Shown here in pieces: positions 1 to 9,900 of a DNA stretch of 64,000 bases. Source of the stretch: Minisyncoccota bacterium (GTDB lineage Bacteria > Patescibacteriota > Minisyncoccia > Phycocordibacterales > SW-6-46-9); assembly GCA_040905385.1 (NCBI GenBank), contig JBBDRP010000002.1, forward strand, positions 679,010-743,009, read 5' to 3'. The position numbers were made by a program, and so were the translations under genes. How positions within the stretch are numbered: the stretch's first letter is position 1; the number at the start of each line of letters is the position of its first letter. The notes under the pieces were generated by a model. That model was given only the letters and a program-made list of their open reading frames with translations. It searched no databases and was not told where the DNA came from.

Positions 1-40
1 GTAGAATTGATGGAATATTTTTCATTGCCCAAGTTCTGAA

Positions 41-814
41 TTATTTCCAGATTTCTGCTTCTAAGTCACTAAAACAATCAGCTGGTGCAACTGGTGATCT
101 TGTCGATTTTGGCAACTTATCGGAAAAATCAGAGTAAATTTCTTCAACTTCTTCTTTACTAAATTCCAATTTTTCTATAATCTTTTTTATTCTATCTATG
201 ACACCAGGGGCTAGAAAAGCGAACTCTGAATCGAATGGTTTGTTAAATTCTGGGTCGGAGACTATGTTACCATTCTCATCAGTCATCATGTTTGTTGCTC
301 CATTCAGGTCAAGATAACAAACACCAAGATATATACGTAGCGCCTCTTTGAGTTTTTGTTCTTTTCTCAAAATCTCGGCCATTTGAAATCTTGTATTTCT
401 GTATAAACCCCACTGTCCGCTCTTTGCATGATTAAGAAGATCCTCGTTAAGTAATCCCCATTGAACATCGTGATCAGAAGGTTCTTTGTCGCTAAGATTT
501 TTTCGCAATGTTTCTTTCCTGTCTTCAAATCTCTTTTGCTCCTCAAGATACGCTTCTTGTGTTCCGTTCTCAATCCGCCATTGCTCGTCAATTTTTTCTG
601 CTTCATCTTTTGTAACAACTAGGCGTACATTATCTGGCGTTGTGCGGACAAGCATAAATTCTCCGCAATGCGGACATTTTGTTTTTGCTCCTGGCACCTT
701 TTTGAGAGCTTCGTGACAATTCGGACATTCAGCTTTTCGTTCGTCTTTTGGCTCTTGTAATACTTCCACTCTTTGAGTTGGTTTATTGCTTTTTATAAAG
801 TCAAAAATACCCAT
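41..814 (-). CDS. Hypothetical protein with N-terminal zinc ribbon
   Basis: 257-aa ORF with CPNC..CPHC. Confidence 0.7.
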   Translation of the reverse strand: MGIFDFIKSNKPTQRVEVLQEPKDERKAECPNCHEALKKVPGAKTKCPHCGEFMLVRTTPDNVRLVVTKDEAEKIDEQWRIENGTQEAYLEEQKRFEDRKETLRKNLSDKEPSDHDVQWGLLNEDLLNHAKSGQWGLYRNTRFQMAEILRKEQKLKEALRIYLGVCYLDLNGATNMMTDENGNIVSDPEFNKPFDSEFAFLAPGVIDRIKKIIEKLEFSKEEVEEIYSDFSDKLPKSTRSPVAPADCFSDLEAEIWK

Positions 815-821
815 ATGCTAT

Positions 822-1556
822 TTAATTCTGTAAAGCGGAGTGCATCCAATAACTATCAGCAATATCAGGTAAATTGTCAGTCAAGAAATTATCCCAATTT
901 ATTTTTTCCCAAGTTTTCCGCTCAATCGTTATTAGTGCAACTCTGCTGAGTAATTCTTCACCATACTGATCAACCAGTGTTAAATGTGATTCAACAACTA
1001 TCGCGTTGACATCTTGACCCACGATGGAAGACAATTCTTTCACTAAGTCTTTAGCATCACTTAAAATCCCTCTACGAGTGAGATTCGTCGTTAAGTTTTC
1101 TTTGGCAATGTAATCAATCCAAAGCTCTCCGTCACTAGTTTCGATTCCTCTAATTTCTACATCATGTCCAAGTGCCCGCAGTATTCCAAGTTCAATATTT
1201 CGTTCCGGCGTTTCTGCCTGCGTTAGATAGTTATAAGTTTGAGATGTTCCGGAAAGTATCCCATCCCTTTCGCTTCTAAATTCTTTATCACTTTGTATAG
1301 CGGGCAAAAATATAGATCCAAATATTAAAACGACGAGCACGACAAACGTTGCTGGAACGAATTTCTGCATTTCGGGCTTTTTCTCAAGCATTTTTATTGT
1401 ACCGATAGTCCCTATCAGAGCAAGAATGAAGCCCGTTAAAAAATTTAAGACAATCCAAAAGAGAATGAGCAAAACAAAAAACATTCCCCCGGCAACTTTT
1501 TGCTTTTTCTCCTTTGTCTTTTTATCGTCTATGGCTGATTGATTTTCTTCATTCAT
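822..1556 (-). CDS. Membrane-anchored hypothetical protein
   Basis: N-terminal hydrophobic segments followed by a soluble domain. Confidence 0.7.
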   Translation of the reverse strand: MNEENQSAIDDKKTKEKKQKVAGGMFFVLLILFWIVLNFLTGFILALIGTIGTIKMLEKKPEMQKFVPATFVVLVVLIFGSIFLPAIQSDKEFRSERDGILSGTSQTYNYLTQAETPERNIELGILRALGHDVEIRGIETSDGELWIDYIAKENLTTNLTRRGILSDAKDLVKELSSIVGQDVNAIVVESHLTLVDQYGEELLSRVALITIERKTWEKINWDNFLTDNLPDIADSYWMHSALQN

Positions 1557-1714
1557 ATTTTGTTTGTTACTTAATAAAATAGTTCATTCACTCTCTCTTA
1601 ACTAGATTGTATATGTCTTCATTGCTCTCGTACACCCGCAGTCGGCCAGTCATGATGCCCAAGTGATACAACACACCCTCACTCATCAACCGCCAGTTCA
1701 TATCTTTCTGTATA

Positions 1715-2170
1715 TTATCCTAATTTTTCTTTCGCTTTTTCGTACGCCCAATCGGTAGTTGGTGGGGTCAGACGCACTAGTTGTTCGTATTCTTCAGATA
1801 CCTTTTCAGCTTTCTTCAAGAGATCATTCTCAGAGTAACTTGATGATAATGATTTCAATCGTGATGCCTTATTCTTTATAACTGTAAAGTTTTTAGCTGC
1901 ATTTAAATTCTCGTAGTAAGATTTATTTGGATTTATGACAATACTAGTTGCTACTATCACAGAAGATATAAGTGCGAGCAGTCCTGACCATGGCTCTATA
2001 AAACCTTGGATGAAAGCTGCGCTTGATAAGGATGCAATCACAGCCGGAAACAGTTCGGTAAATCGTGAGATCATTTTACTTCGTGTAGCAATAATATGAT
2101 GAGATTCTGCAGTGTATCTGGCGTTATCTGTTATTTTTTCAAATGTTTTTATAATGTTTTCTTTACTCAT
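1715..2170 (-). CDS. SLATT-family 2-TM effector (CBASS-like)
   Basis: 151 aa with two central TM helices, 11 bp downstream of the CD-NTase. Confidence 0.75.
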   Translation of the reverse strand: MSKENIIKTFEKITDNARYTAESHHIIATRSKMISRFTELFPAVIASLSSAAFIQGFIEPWSGLLALISSVIVATSIVINPNKSYYENLNAAKNFTVIKNKASRLKSLSSSYSENDLLKKAEKVSEEYEQLVRLTPPTTDWAYEKAKEKLG

Positions 2171-2181
2171 TTTATTATTGA

Positions 2182-3519
2182 TTATCTTTTAATTGGTACT
2201 AATATGCGATCGATGGCTACACATTCTTCATTTACGATGATATAGCACTCTACGTAATGTTCACCATGGTATTTCGTATTCTCAATCCTTTCTTCTTTAC
2301 CCTTATCATGAGATATTTCACCTCGTAAATCTTTTGCTCTCTGTGCCTCACTTCCATAGTTGCGAACTTTCCACATTACTCGATAAGAGTCTGGGACATC
2401 AATATCTGTAATCTTGAAGGTTAACCTCTTCTTTTTTTCAAGAGGAACCCCTTTGTCAATGAACCAGCTCAGAGGATTTTTTCGAAAACTTTTCTGTTCA
2501 ATATCAGCATCTATGGATACTGTGTATCTGGAGGATGTGTCTATGGGTATACCATAGTCTTCAGTTATATCTTGATCACCATATGATGGATACTGCTCAT
2601 TTAGCTGAGCGATGTTTGTTTCTGACGCGTATTTTGCAAATTTATTGTGTGATGTAGGGAAATCCATACCGAAAATCTTTCTCCATTCTTTAGACGCTTC
2701 TTCAAGATTTCCTTCTGATTCATGATTAAGGGCTTTTTCCGAGCGTTTTTTAGCAGTTTGAGTACGAGAGACCCAGTCTTCACCTAAGTTAATGAATTGT
2801 GATGAGGCAGGTGAATATAAATTCGAGTTTCGCTTCATTACTAAGTAGTCAAAAAAGCCAGCGATCAAGTGGGGGAATTTCGGATTTTCATTCTCTGCAA
2901 AAGGTAGATTAAGAAAATTAACCGCGAGAAGCTCTACTTGGTAGGAAGGTAATGGTACGTTTGAATTTTCGACCCATTTCTTAAGAATTTTTACAAAATC
3001 TAACGTGAGCGAGTTTTGCTCTTCTGACTGCTCTAAATTTATGACTTCCATATTAGGGTTCCAAATCTCCCAGAAACCTCCGTTTTCTGTATTTGGAATC
3101 TTAAAAGCTCCTGAGGAAAGTTTCCATGCTGGTAGAAGCTCTACCGAATGGGAACTTTCTGCAAAGTTTATAACAATAACTTTTCCAAAGGCGGTTATAT
3201 GTTCGGTTGTTGAAAATCTTTCATTCAATATTTCGCGGATTTCTTGCAATAATTTTGATTGCCGATTTCCCTGCCCGGCATCAAAACGACCAAATTCTTC
3301 ATCAGGCATTATGAAAAGTAAATCTATATCTTTCGGTGGCCGTATGTTTGTATCTTTTCTGTATGACCCCACTACTTCTTTCGTGCTTCCATCATAGTCA
3401 CTTTCGTAATACTTATCATGCACAGCACCACACACACTTTTAATTTTCGTCGAAGCATCTTCTTTTTGGCGTTCTGTGAGCTCTATATTACTTAAGAGTT
3501 GTAAGAAATTCTCATTCAT
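2182..3519 (-). CDS. CD-NTase/SMODS nucleotidyltransferase with C-terminal AGS-C domain
   Basis: VGSY-x9-DID motif, VELLPA strand, C-terminal WKVRN..RGEI..TKYHGEHYVECY. Confidence 0.85.
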   Translation of the reverse strand: MNENFLQLLSNIELTERQKEDASTKIKSVCGAVHDKYYESDYDGSTKEVVGSYRKDTNIRPPKDIDLLFIMPDEEFGRFDAGQGNRQSKLLQEIREILNERFSTTEHITAFGKVIVINFAESSHSVELLPAWKLSSGAFKIPNTENGGFWEIWNPNMEVINLEQSEEQNSLTLDFVKILKKWVENSNVPLPSYQVELLAVNFLNLPFAENENPKFPHLIAGFFDYLVMKRNSNLYSPASSQFINLGEDWVSRTQTAKKRSEKALNHESEGNLEEASKEWRKIFGMDFPTSHNKFAKYASETNIAQLNEQYPSYGDQDITEDYGIPIDTSSRYTVSIDADIEQKSFRKNPLSWFIDKGVPLEKKKRLTFKITDIDVPDSYRVMWKVRNYGSEAQRAKDLRGEISHDKGKEERIENTKYHGEHYVECYIIVNEECVAIDRILVPIKR

Positions 3520-3527
3520 ACAGCGTG

Positions 3528-3770
3528 TTAGTGTTTAGCATCCTTAGGTGGGTACGGATCATTTCCAGGTGGTACAGTGTCACTATCTCGAATGGGGCCT
3601 TTCGAGCTGTGGATACGAACCTCACCACCACCACTGCTTGCTGAATAGTCTTTAGCGATTTTTTCAGCTTCTTTTTGGGTATCGGCATAGCCGCTTACTT
3701 TGCTGGCACCCTCTTTTTTAATGCGCCACTTCTTTTTATCTTTATCTTGACTTATGTGGTAATTGGCCAT
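3528..3770 (-). CDS. DUF2188-family small protein
   Basis: W.IKKEGA..TQKEA..A..EVRIH..G.IRD..GNDP pattern. Confidence 0.75.
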   Translation of the reverse strand: MANYHISQDKDKKKWRIKKEGASKVSGYADTQKEAEKIAKDYSASSGGGEVRIHSSKGPIRDSDTVPPGNDPYPPKDAKH

Positions 3771-3772
3771 AG

Positions 3773-4408
3773 TTAGTTATCTAGATTAGGAAGTGTGGTT
3801 ACATACACACCTTGAATACGAAAATCCTCAGAGAGAATGATCGGGTGGTATTTATCTGGTTTGGTTGTTTCTGGTTTAAGCACCACTGACCCATCTTTCT
3901 TTTTCAGTCGTTTAAGAGTAGCCTCGTCGTCAATAAGAGCAACAACTATTTCTCCTTCATCTGCAGTGTCACGCTGCTCAATAAGAACGAGATCTCCATC
4001 ATTAATACCTGCCCTATTCATAGAATCTCCTTCAGCACGAAGAATGAAATAGTCGCTGCCAGGTGACGCAACTTGTGTATCTAGAGACACGTAAGATTTT
4101 ATGTTCTCATCGGCAAGCAGCGGTTCTCCACAAGCAACCCGTCCCACAATTGGTATTTCTACTGTGTAAGTATTCTCTTTTTCAGCTGCTGATCTTTTTA
4201 GCAACCTTAGTTTATTTCTAGATACACGCTCAAGAAACCCTTTCTCGATTAAAGAGTTTGTCAGGCGAGCCCCTGTTCTCGGAGAGCTATGACCAACCTC
4301 TTCTGCTATCTCTTTAACAGTAGGAGTAGCCTCTTTGTGTACTAAGGAATTGCGGATAAAGCGAAAAGCAACTTTTTCTTTTTCTGTAAGTGGCTGTATA
4401 TTGCTCAT
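3773..4408 (-). CDS. lexA: LexA-family repressor (wHTH + S24 peptidase)
   Basis: PTVKEIA HTH, VACG cleavage site, GDSM (Ser) and ATLK (Lys). Confidence 0.88.
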   Translation of the reverse strand: MSNIQPLTEKEKVAFRFIRNSLVHKEATPTVKEIAEEVGHSSPRTGARLTNSLIEKGFLERVSRNKLRLLKRSAAEKENTYTVEIPIVGRVACGEPLLADENIKSYVSLDTQVASPGSDYFILRAEGDSMNRAGINDGDLVLIEQRDTADEGEIVVALIDDEATLKRLKKKDGSVVLKPETTKPDKYHPIILSEDFRIQGVYVTTLPNLDN

Positions 4409-4689
4409 GTAAATAACAGTATATTAAATATTTACCTTAAAATCAAGTGGAGTGAGTCCCTCTATTGGATTTACCGTTCCAAAGCTAGTAATATAAGTAT
4501 AGACAACTTATGCCTAAACCACTGGTGTGTGGCATGGCGCAATACATGAAATCCATCCAAGGTACAAAGCTCCTCGTCAGGAGCACCTTGGATGGTTGTC
4601 GGCGGAAACGTCGGCAGATGGGCCTCGCCCATCAACTGGCGGGGAGCTTTCTGCATCTCCGCTCATTACAAAACTAACCAAAACCATCT

Positions 4690-5520
4690 ATGGAAACAGA
4701 GAAGACTCAGCACAAACCAAATTCTAAATGGAGCTGGATCATTGGAATAATCCTTGTTATTGCAGGTCTTGACATGTTAAGCGACTCGTTAGCGCTAGGT
4801 ATAACCTATCTTTTGGCAGGAACGATAATCATGCCTCCTGTCTCTAAGATGATCTCAGAAAAGACAGGGATTTTTATGTCCAACAAAATAAAAATTATTT
4901 CTGTAGTTGTATTATTTGCAATCGGAGGACTTGTAGGATTGTCCGCTAAAATGGACTCTGACCAAGCAACCACTCAACAGGTCAATCAGCAAGAAAATAC
5001 GGAAGCAGCAGTTGAAGCACAGGAGAAAGTAGATTACGAATTATTAACTGATGGCCCATACGTGCCAAACGGTCATAGGTATTCTGTGCTACTACCCGAA
5101 AATTCATCTCAGTCTGACGTGAGGTCTGTAGCACAAAAAATAGTTTCAGAAGATAACAGTGGTAGTGACGAAATAACGATCTTCTTCTGGGATGATAAGC
5201 GTCAGTATGAATTAGGTACTAGTTACAATGTAGCTGAAGCAGAATGGTCTGGAGGTGAAATATCCTATCAGTGGGTAGAAAATAACAAAGACTCAAGCTT
5301 AAAGCCAACTAGTCATGAACTTGAAATATACGATTACTACTGGGAAGTATTTGATGAGCCAGGTAATCCACGAGGATATGTATCTCACCCAACAACAGAC
5401 GAACAGGCTAATGCATGGGAGCTTCAAAGAATAGAAAGAATTACTGCTGAGTATGATATCTCTACAGACCGTCTCTTTGAAATAGTGAGAAAGACTCTGA
5501 CTTGGCAGTTTTCTCAATAG
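4690..5520 (+). CDS. Membrane-anchored hypothetical protein
   Basis: Three N-terminal TM segments and an acidic soluble domain. Confidence 0.7.
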   Translation: METEKTQHKPNSKWSWIIGIILVIAGLDMLSDSLALGITYLLAGTIIMPPVSKMISEKTGIFMSNKIKIISVVVLFAIGGLVGLSAKMDSDQATTQQVNQQENTEAAVEAQEKVDYELLTDGPYVPNGHRYSVLLPENSSQSDVRSVAQKIVSEDNSGSDEITIFFWDDKRQYELGTSYNVAEAEWSGGEISYQWVENNKDSSLKPTSHELEIYDYYWEVFDEPGNPRGYVSHPTTDEQANAWELQRIERITAEYDISTDRLFEIVRKTLTWQFSQ

Positions 5521-5594
5521 AGTGTTGTAAGGTTTCCAAAATATATAAAGTATTGTGTAGTTGCATACTTTTCAATGTCTGTTAGTATAGATAT

Positions 5595-5611
5595 GTGTTC
5601 GAAACGAACAC
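5595..5611. promoter_or_regulatory. Palindromic operator candidate GTGTTCG-AAA-CGAACAC
   Basis: Perfect 7-3-7 inverted repeat next to promoter-like sequence upstream of the methylase-terminase operon. Confidence 0.45.
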
Positions 5612-5831
5612 TAAAGCACATTAAACAATTACTGAATTAGATTACATGTCCCACGCGCGGGCTCATCATGGCACAAAAACCGACGCAATGGTCATATAAT
5701 CAAAGATTTCAGTCAAACGGCGTATTCGCTTGGGTCATCATGCCAGAATAGCCATACGTGCGAACTGTGAATCAAGAAACTAACAAAACCCTTCTGGGGT
5801 GTTAGTGTTTTGGTTTACAGCTTGTACTACT

Positions 5832-5863
5832 AAAGCACCACCTCAGACAGGTGGTGCTTTTTT
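5832..5863 (+). terminator. Leader terminator/attenuator hairpin
   Basis: AAAGCACCACCT-cagac-AGGTGGTGCTTT followed by a T-tract, just before ATG 5891. Confidence 0.6.
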
Positions 5864-5890
5864 GATTATTTACCACTCACAAAATTAACT

Positions 5891-7162
5891 ATGGAAAAAC
5901 TAAACTGGCGCACAGAAAAACGAATTGTAGACGACCTTGTGCCGTACGAGCCTAACCCCCGGCAAATATCTGAGACTCAACTTGAGAAACTTAAAGATAG
6001 TCTGGAAAAATTCAACTTAGTAGAAATACCAGCAATTGATGCCGACAATACCATCATTGCTGGTCACCAACGACTGAAGGTCATGCAGCTACTTGATCGT
6101 GGCGATGAAGAAATTGAAGTTCGTGTACCGAACCGAAAGCTCACCCACGAGGAGTTTGAGCAGTATCTTCTTACTAGTAACCGCTCCGGCGGCGACTGGG
6201 ACTTTGATCTCCTTAAGGAATTCGATATTGAATTACTCTTAGAGGTTGGCTTTGACGCCACTGATCTATCCCATATCTGGGATGACATCCTCAGTATTGA
6301 AGACGATCAGTTTGATGAGGATAAAGCTCTTGAAAAAGCAAGTGAAACAAACATTGAACTCGGAGATGTCTTTGCTCTAGGTAAGCACCGGCTGATATGT
6401 GGCGATGCGACCGACAAAGAGACCGTCCAGAAACTTGTCGGTAGTACAAAGATTGATTTGGTAAACACTGATCCGGTGTACAACATCAACTTAGACTACA
6501 ACGCCGGCCTTGGTGGCGAAAGCTCATACGGCGGAACAACTAACGACAACAAAAGTCAGGGTGAGTACGAGAGCTTTCTGAACAACCTAATTACGAACGC
6601 ACTTTCTGTCACGAACGAAGATGCTCACATCTTCTTCTGGTGTGACGAAAAGTATATCGGACTACTACAGAATCTGTATGCAAGACATGAGATCAGTCAC
6701 AAGCGAAATTGTCTATGGATCAAAGGACCGCACAACCCCACCCCGAAGGTTGCCTTCAACAAATGCACAGAGTACTGCATCTACGGCACCGTCGGAAAAC
6801 CGTATCTCTCTGAACGGATTAAAAACTTGACCGAACTACAGAATAAGAACGTCGACAGCGGCAACCGCCTTATCGATGACGTGCTTGATCTTCTGAATAT
6901 CTGGCTAGTGAAGCGAGTCAACACCAGTGACTACGAACATCCAACCACCAAGCCACCAGCACTATATGAGAAATCACTACGACGCTGCTCAAAGCCCGGA
7001 GATAAAATTCTTGATCTCTGTGGTGGTTCTGGCAGTAGCTTAATTGCAGCTGAACAACTAAATCGAATGGCGTATCTAGTCGAGATAGAGCCGGTATTTT
7101 GTCAGGTAATCATCAATCGGTATGAAAAACTCACCGGAGAAAAAGCAGAAAAAATTAATTAG
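5891..7162 (+). CDS. ParB-like N-terminal domain fused to N4/N6 DNA methylase (phage type)
   Basis: NPR..IIAGHQR ParB motif; HRLICGD, TDPVY, HPTTKP, DLCGGSGS. Confidence 0.85.
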   Translation: MEKLNWRTEKRIVDDLVPYEPNPRQISETQLEKLKDSLEKFNLVEIPAIDADNTIIAGHQRLKVMQLLDRGDEEIEVRVPNRKLTHEEFEQYLLTSNRSGGDWDFDLLKEFDIELLLEVGFDATDLSHIWDDILSIEDDQFDEDKALEKASETNIELGDVFALGKHRLICGDATDKETVQKLVGSTKIDLVNTDPVYNINLDYNAGLGGESSYGGTTNDNKSQGEYESFLNNLITNALSVTNEDAHIFFWCDEKYIGLLQNLYARHEISHKRNCLWIKGPHNPTPKVAFNKCTEYCIYGTVGKPYLSERIKNLTELQNKNVDSGNRLIDDVLDLLNIWLVKRVNTSDYEHPTTKPPALYEKSLRRCSKPGDKILDLCGGSGSSLIAAEQLNRMAYLVEIEPVFCQVIINRYEKLTGEKAEKIN

Positions 7163-7895
7163 GACTGGAGATGTTATTGAACTAGGTGACCACCGACTTG
7201 TTTGCGGTGATGCCACCGACAAAGATGTAATGGAAAAGCTTGCTAAAGATTTGACCATCGACTGCCTGTTAACCGACCCGCCCTACGGCGTCTCATATAC
7301 CGAAAGCAAAAAAGACTTTGCCAAGCTCTCCAATGACACAGCTATTGCCAACGATGATCTGGATGATGAAGCTGGTTACCAAAAATTCACAGCTGCCTGG
7401 CTGGAAGCCCTGCTCCCCCATTTGTCTAAAAAGAACAGCCTGTACATCTTCAACTCAGACAAAATGATATTTGCTCTACGCGAAGCCATGGTTGGAATGA
7501 ATATTCACTTTGCTCAACTACTTATCTGGACAAAGACACACTCAATCATTGGTCGGCTGGATTACCTTCCACAACATGAGCTGATCGCCTACGGCTGGTA
7601 CGGCACACACCAGTTTGAGAAAAGTAAGGACAAAAGCGTACTTATTCACCCAAAACCAAATAAAAGCAAACTCCACCCCACAATGAAGCCGGTGGGGCTA
7701 CTGCGACGCCTAGTTCTCAACAGCACGAAAGTTGGAGATGTGGTTTGCGATCTGTTTGGTGGATCAGGATCAACATTAATTGCCTGCGAACAGACTAAAC
7801 GAAAGTGTCTGATGGTTGAATCTGATCCCGAATACTGCCAAACAACTATAAACCGTTTTGAGAAACTTACCGGTAGTAAAGCAACCATCCTATGA
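7122..7895 (+). CDS. N4/N6 DNA methyltransferase
   Basis: TDPPY, HPTMKP, DLFGGSGS; start codon uncertain. Confidence 0.85.
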   Translation: MKNSPEKKQKKLIRTGDVIELGDHRLVCGDATDKDVMEKLAKDLTIDCLLTDPPYGVSYTESKKDFAKLSNDTAIANDDLDDEAGYQKFTAAWLEALLPHLSKKNSLYIFNSDKMIFALREAMVGMNIHFAQLLIWTKTHSIIGRLDYLPQHELIAYGWYGTHQFEKSKDKSVLIHPKPNKSKLHPTMKPVGLLRRLVLNSTKVGDVVCDLFGGSGSTLIACEQTKRKCLMVESDPEYCQTTINRFEKLTGSKATIL

Positions 7896-8308
7896 GCAAA
7901 GAAAAAACAATTGAAAAACGGCAAGAGATCCGAAAGAAACTCATTGTTGAGCAGTTAGAAAAAACGCCAATTGTTGAAACATCCTGCCAAAAGGTCGGGA
8001 TCGGGCGCTCCACCTACTACCGCTGGCGTAAGGAGGATTCGGAGTTTGCCAAGCGAGCAGACAAGGCCCTCTTTATTGGTAAATTACTTGTCAATGACAT
8101 GGCTGAGTCACAACTGATGAGCCTGGTAAAAGAAAAGAATCTATCAGCGGTAAAGTTCTGGCTTCGCAACAACCACCCACAGTACGCTCGCAAGCTAAAC
8201 ATTAACGCCCATCTTAAACACGAGCGTAAAGAACTGACTGACGAGCAAAAAGAGATTGTTCGCAAAGCATTAACATTAGCAAAACTTAACTCACCTGATC
8301 ATGACTAA
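7892..8308 (+). CDS. HTH protein, putative terminase small subunit
   Basis: GIGRSTYYRW HTH; overlaps the terminase start. Confidence 0.6.
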   Translation: MSKEKTIEKRQEIRKKLIVEQLEKTPIVETSCQKVGIGRSTYYRWRKEDSEFAKRADKALFIGKLLVNDMAESQLMSLVKEKNLSAVKFWLRNNHPQYARKLNINAHLKHERKELTDEQKEIVRKALTLAKLNSPDHD

Positions 8309-9848
8309 AAACAACATTCAAATCGATAAAAAGATCATTGAAGAACTAATCAACGACCGTGATTCCCGTATTGAAGCAACTAAGCAGTCACATCTCTTAT
8401 TCTTTCACACCTATTTTGCTCATTACGTTGAATACGAAACGGCAAGATTCCAAAAGGAGATGTTTGCAATGACGGAGAAAGAGCAAGGTCTTGATGTGAT
8501 CATTGCCTTTCGAGACTCAGGAAAGTCCTCAATTGTCACTACATCTTATCCACTATGGGCAATTCTTGGCAAACAAGAAAAGAAGTTTGTTTTGATTTTG
8601 AGCCAGACTCAAAACAAGGCTCGTCAGCACTTAAAGAACATGAAACGTGAATTAGAAAATAATCAGCTACTACGCGATGATCTTGGTCCGTTTCAAGAGG
8701 AATCAGACGAGTGGGGTGTTCACGCTCTAACCATACCTAGGTTTAATGCCAAAATAATGATCGGATCTGTAGATCAAAGTATTCGTGGTATTCGACACCT
8801 TCAATATCGCCCTGACTGCATCATTCTTGACGATATTGAGGATACTCAATCCGTAAAAACTAAGGATGGCCGAGACAAAACTTGGAATTGGTTTACTGGT
8901 GAAATCATTCCAGCAACAGATCGTGGAGCGCATCTAATAGCTGTTGGAAACCTATTACACCGTGATTCACTTCTTAAGCGTATAGAAGCCTCGATTACCT
9001 CAGGAGACACGAAAGGTACATATAAAGAATTTCCGATTATAGACGGCAAAAAGAAGCCTTTGTGGCCAGATAAGTATCCAAACGAAGCAGCAATTACAGC
9101 TGAGCGAGAACGGGTAATGGATAGGGTTTCCTGGCATCGTGAGTATCTTCTGGAGATCCTTCCAGATGAAGATCAGGTCATCTTACCTGAATGGATTCAC
9201 TATTATGATGAACTTCCAGACACACGCCAAAAATTCATTGCCATTGGCATTGATCCAGCTATCAGCCAAAAGGACACGGCTGATTACACAGCTATGATTA
9301 CAGTCAAAGTATACGGACGGAGTGATAATATGCGCATTTATGTTCTGCCCAACATAATCAACAAACGACTTACGCATCTAGAAACAATTGATACGGCTGT
9401 GAGTATATATGAGTCAGTCAGGGGTCAATCAAGGCCAACAATTTACATCGAAGATGTAGCCTACCAAAAATCCTTGGTTGAACAAATTGACCAAAAACGT
9501 TATATCACTGTAAAGGGAGTAAAGGTTGGAGGCCAGGATAAATGGGCTCGACTTACGAGTGTCAGTCATATCTTCCAGAATGGACAGATACTATTTCCTA
9601 AAACAGAAATATCTGACCGCTTGGTGAATCAACTCTTAGGATTTGGGGTGGAAAAACATGATGATCTTGTCGATGCCTTAACTTTAGTGGTTCATCAAAT
9701 AATGGAAAAAGATCGGGGTGGATATGGTCGCGCATACAAGCGAGTGCGCCGTAACAGTCCGGAAGTCGGTCATCTTAATAGCAGAGAGCGTCATATGCTA
9801 TTTGGTGGCAATGATTGGGCTTCAGTAGACATTCAAAAATTACAGTAG
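8301..9848 (+). CDS. Phage-type terminase large subunit
   Basis: FRDSGKS Walker A, IILDD Walker B, IGIDPA and HDDLVDA nuclease motifs. Confidence 0.85.
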   Translation: MTKNNIQIDKKIIEELINDRDSRIEATKQSHLLFFHTYFAHYVEYETARFQKEMFAMTEKEQGLDVIIAFRDSGKSSIVTTSYPLWAILGKQEKKFVLILSQTQNKARQHLKNMKRELENNQLLRDDLGPFQEESDEWGVHALTIPRFNAKIMIGSVDQSIRGIRHLQYRPDCIILDDIEDTQSVKTKDGRDKTWNWFTGEIIPATDRGAHLIAVGNLLHRDSLLKRIEASITSGDTKGTYKEFPIIDGKKKPLWPDKYPNEAAITAERERVMDRVSWHREYLLEILPDEDQVILPEWIHYYDELPDTRQKFIAIGIDPAISQKDTADYTAMITVKVYGRSDNMRIYVLPNIINKRLTHLETIDTAVSIYESVRGQSRPTIYIEDVAYQKSLVEQIDQKRYITVKGVKVGGQDKWARLTSVSHIFQNGQILFPKTEISDRLVNQLLGFGVEKHDDLVDALTLVVHQIMEKDRGGYGRAYKRVRRNSPEVGHLNSRERHMLFGGNDWASVDIQKLQ

Positions 9849-9900
9849 CCTACTCTCTTTAGGTCTGGATAACCTCAACCAGTCCGGCACTGTGTAGGTA

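Noticed and set aside
1648-5745. Imperfect inverted repeat (1648-1666 vs 5726-5744) around the CBASS-lexA block
   Set aside because: About 16 of 19 matches with a gap, no target duplication or transposase; may be chance
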